DNA from: an uncultured Gemmatimonadales bacterium
Lineage (GTDB): Bacteria > Gemmatimonadota > Gemmatimonadetes > Gemmatimonadales > GWC2-71-9
NCBI GenBank assembly: GCA_963728915.1
Contig: CAVSLV010000001.1
Span: 672,001-736,000, forward strand
Reading direction: 5' to 3'
Length of the DNA stretch: 64,000 nucleotides
Under the pieces are notes generated by a model. That model was given only the letters and a program-made list of their open reading frames with translations. It ran no database searches and was not told the origin of the DNA. This document shows positions 61,990 through 64,000 of this stretch, one piece after another. Position 1 is the first letter of the stretch; every line of letters starts with the position of its first letter. Position numbers and translations under genes: made by a program.

Positions 61990-63672
61990 ATGAGAACAGA
62001 CCGAGCGGCTTTGCTGGCCGCGTTTCTCCTCGCCGGGTGCGCCGGCGGGGCCCGATACGACGTCATCCTCCGGAACGGCACCATCTACGATGGAAGCGGC
62101 AATCCTCCGAGGACCGCCGACCTCGCGATCGCGGGCGACACCATCGCGGCCATCGGTGACCTGAGCCGGGCTCGCGCCGCCCGGGAGATCGACGCCCGCG
62201 GCCTGGCGGTTGCCCCCGGCTTCACCAACATGCTGAGCTGGGCCACCGAATCCCTGATCCAGGACGGCCGCAGCCAGAGCGATATCCGGCAAGGGGTGAC
62301 CCTCGAAGTGATGGGCGAAGGCGACTCGATGGGCCCGCTCAGCGACACCATGAAGGTGATCGCGAAGAATCAGCAGGGAGACATCAAGTACGACATCGCC
62401 TGGACCACCCTGGGCGAATACCTGGATTACCTGGAGAAGAAGGGGATTTCGACCAACGTCGCCTCGTTCATCGGTGCGACCACGGTCCGGGTGCACGAAA
62501 TCGGCTACGCCGACCGGCCTCCCACCCCGGAGGAGCTCGGCCGCATGAAGGACCTGGTCCGCCAGGCCATGGAAGACGGCGCCCTCGGGGTGGGCTCCGC
62601 CCTGATCTATGCCCCCGCCTTCTATGCGAAGACCGACGAGTTGATCGAGCTCTGCAAGGTCGCCGCTGCGTACCACGGCATGTACATCTCCCATATGCGG
62701 AGCGAGGGAAACCGCCTGCTCGAAGCGATGGACGAGCTGATCCGGATCTCGAAGGAGGCCGGCTTGCCGGCCGAGATCTACCACTTCAAGGCAGCCGGGG
62801 CGTCCAACTGGTCCAAGATGGACCGGGCAATCGCCAAGGTCGATTCGGCCCGGGCCGCCGGGTTACGGATTACCGCCGACATGTACACCTATCCCGCCGG
62901 GGCCACCGGACTGGATGCGTCGATGCCGCCCTGGGTGCAGGAGGGTGGGCTCCAGGAATGGAAAAAGCGTCTCCAGAATCCAGCGATTCGAGCCCGGGTC
63001 AAGCGAGAGATGCAAACCCCGACCGACCGCTGGGAGAATCTCTATCTCGGGGCGGGCTCGCCCGAAAAGATCCTGCTGGTCGGGTTCAAGACCGACTCGC
63101 TCAAGCAGTACACCGGGAAGACCCTGGCCGAGGTCGCGAAGCTCAGGGGCACCTCACCGGAGGAGACCGCGATGGACCTGGTCGTCCAGGATGACAGCCG
63201 GGTTGGAACCGTGTACTTCCTCATGTCGGAGGACAACATCAGGAAACTGGTCGTCCTCCCCTGGGTCAGCTATGGCTCGGATGAAGAGTCGTCCGCGCCG
63301 GAAGGCGTGTTCACGAAATATCAGCAGCATCCTCGCGCCTACGGCAACTTCGCCCGGGTGCTCTCGCAATACGTCCGGATCGAACGGCTGATGCCGCTGG
63401 AGGCCGCCATCCGGAAACTCGCGGCCCTCCCGGCGGAGAACCTGGGCATCCCGAGGCGTGGTCACCTCGCGGTGGGGAACTACGCCGACGTGGTGGTGTT
63501 CGATCCGGACAGGATCGAAGACCATGCCCGGTTCGACAACCCGCGACAGTATGCCACCGGCGTGGTCCACGTCTTTGTGAACGGCGCCCAGGTCCTCGCG
63601 AACGGAGAGCATACCGGCGCCACGCCCGGCCGGGTAGTGCGGGGACCCGGTTACCGAGGGCCGCGGCGGTAG
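61990..63672 (+). CDS. N-acyl-D-amino-acid deacylase (D-aminoacylase family) lipoprotein
   Basis: Lipobox [39 protein letters not shown]. Confidence 0.9.
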   Translation: MRTDRAALLAAFLLAGCAGGARYDVILRNGTIYDGSGNPPRTADLAIAGDTIAAIGDLSRARAAREIDARGLAVAPGFTNMLSWATESLIQDGRSQSDIRQGVTLEVMGEGDSMGPLSDTMKVIAKNQQGDIKYDIAWTTLGEYLDYLEKKGISTNVASFIGATTVRVHEIGYADRPPTPEELGRMKDLVRQAMEDGALGVGSALIYAPAFYAKTDELIELCKVAAAYHGMYISHMRSEGNRLLEAMDELIRISKEAGLPAEIYHFKAAGASNWSKMDRAIAKVDSARAAGLRITADMYTYPAGATGLDASMPPWVQEGGLQEWKKRLQNPAIRARVKREMQTPTDRWENLYLGAGSPEKILLVGFKTDSLKQYTGKTLAEVAKLRGTSPEETAMDLVVQDDSRVGTVYFLMSEDNIRKLVVLPWVSYGSDEESSAPEGVFTKYQQHPRAYGNFARVLSQYVRIERLMPLEAAIRKLAALPAENLGIPRRGHLAVGNYADVVVFDPDRIEDHARFDNPRQYATGVVHVFVNGAQVLANGEHTGATPGRVVRGPGYRGPRR

Positions 63673-63680
63673 CTCCTTCG

Positions 63681-64000
63681 GTGATCGGCACCACCATTTC
63701 TCACTACGAGATCCTCGCGAAGCTCGGCGAGGGCGGGATGGGAGTCGTGTACAAGGCGCGCGATACCCGACTCGAGCGCCTGGTCGCCCTCAAATTCCTG
63801 CCCGCCGACCTGGCCCGGACCGAATCGGCCCGCCAGCGCTTCGTGCATGAGGCCCGGGCGGCCTCCGCGCTCAATCACCCCAACATCGCGACCGTGTACG
63901 ACATCGGCGAAGCGGAGGACGCGCGGGCCTTCATCGCCATGGAGTTCGTCGAAGGAGAGAGCCTGCGGGCCCGCCTGCTCGGGGGAATGCTCCCGATCGA
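63681..64000 (+). CDS. Ser/Thr protein kinase (N-terminal part, runs off window)
   Basis: My translation from GTG 63681: [40 protein letters not shown]...HPNIATVYD. Confidence 0.9.
   Translation, partial: MIGTTISHYEILAKLGEGGMGVVYKARDTRLERLVALKFLPADLARTESARQRFVHEARAASALNHPNIATVYDIGEAEDARAFIAMEFVEGESLRARLLGGMLPI

Overview
GC-rich bacterial chromosomal window with about 50 CDS. The gene repertoire (PadR + orphan duplicated ABC permease, Ser/Thr kinase-TPR proteins, DUF1800/DUF1501, many secreted peptidases) suggests Gemmatimonadota; this is an inference. I found no rRNA, tRNA, CRISPR array, transposase or integrase. Main blocks: (i) a G8/beta-helix lipoprotein, three MscS channels, CorA, and copper/heme periplasmic proteins; (ii) a TPP enzyme - enolase-superfamily - FAD/Fe-S oxidoreductase operon plus SDR and glycogen-debranching-like gene, abutting an alternative complex III operon (cyt c-actABCDEF) with no terminal oxidase attached; (iii) DUF1800/DUF1501, lipoproteins and a kinase; (iv) a run of secreted hydrolases. 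Non-obvious observations: a structured ~195-nt intergenic element (40300-40495), an internally deleted type IV pilin remnant (45553-45620), an 8-bp x3 repeat at the start of actB, recurrent TANNNT boxes with apparently leaderless genes, and six single-base frameshifts in short base runs (probably assembly errors). All family calls come from motif recognition by eye, not database searches.
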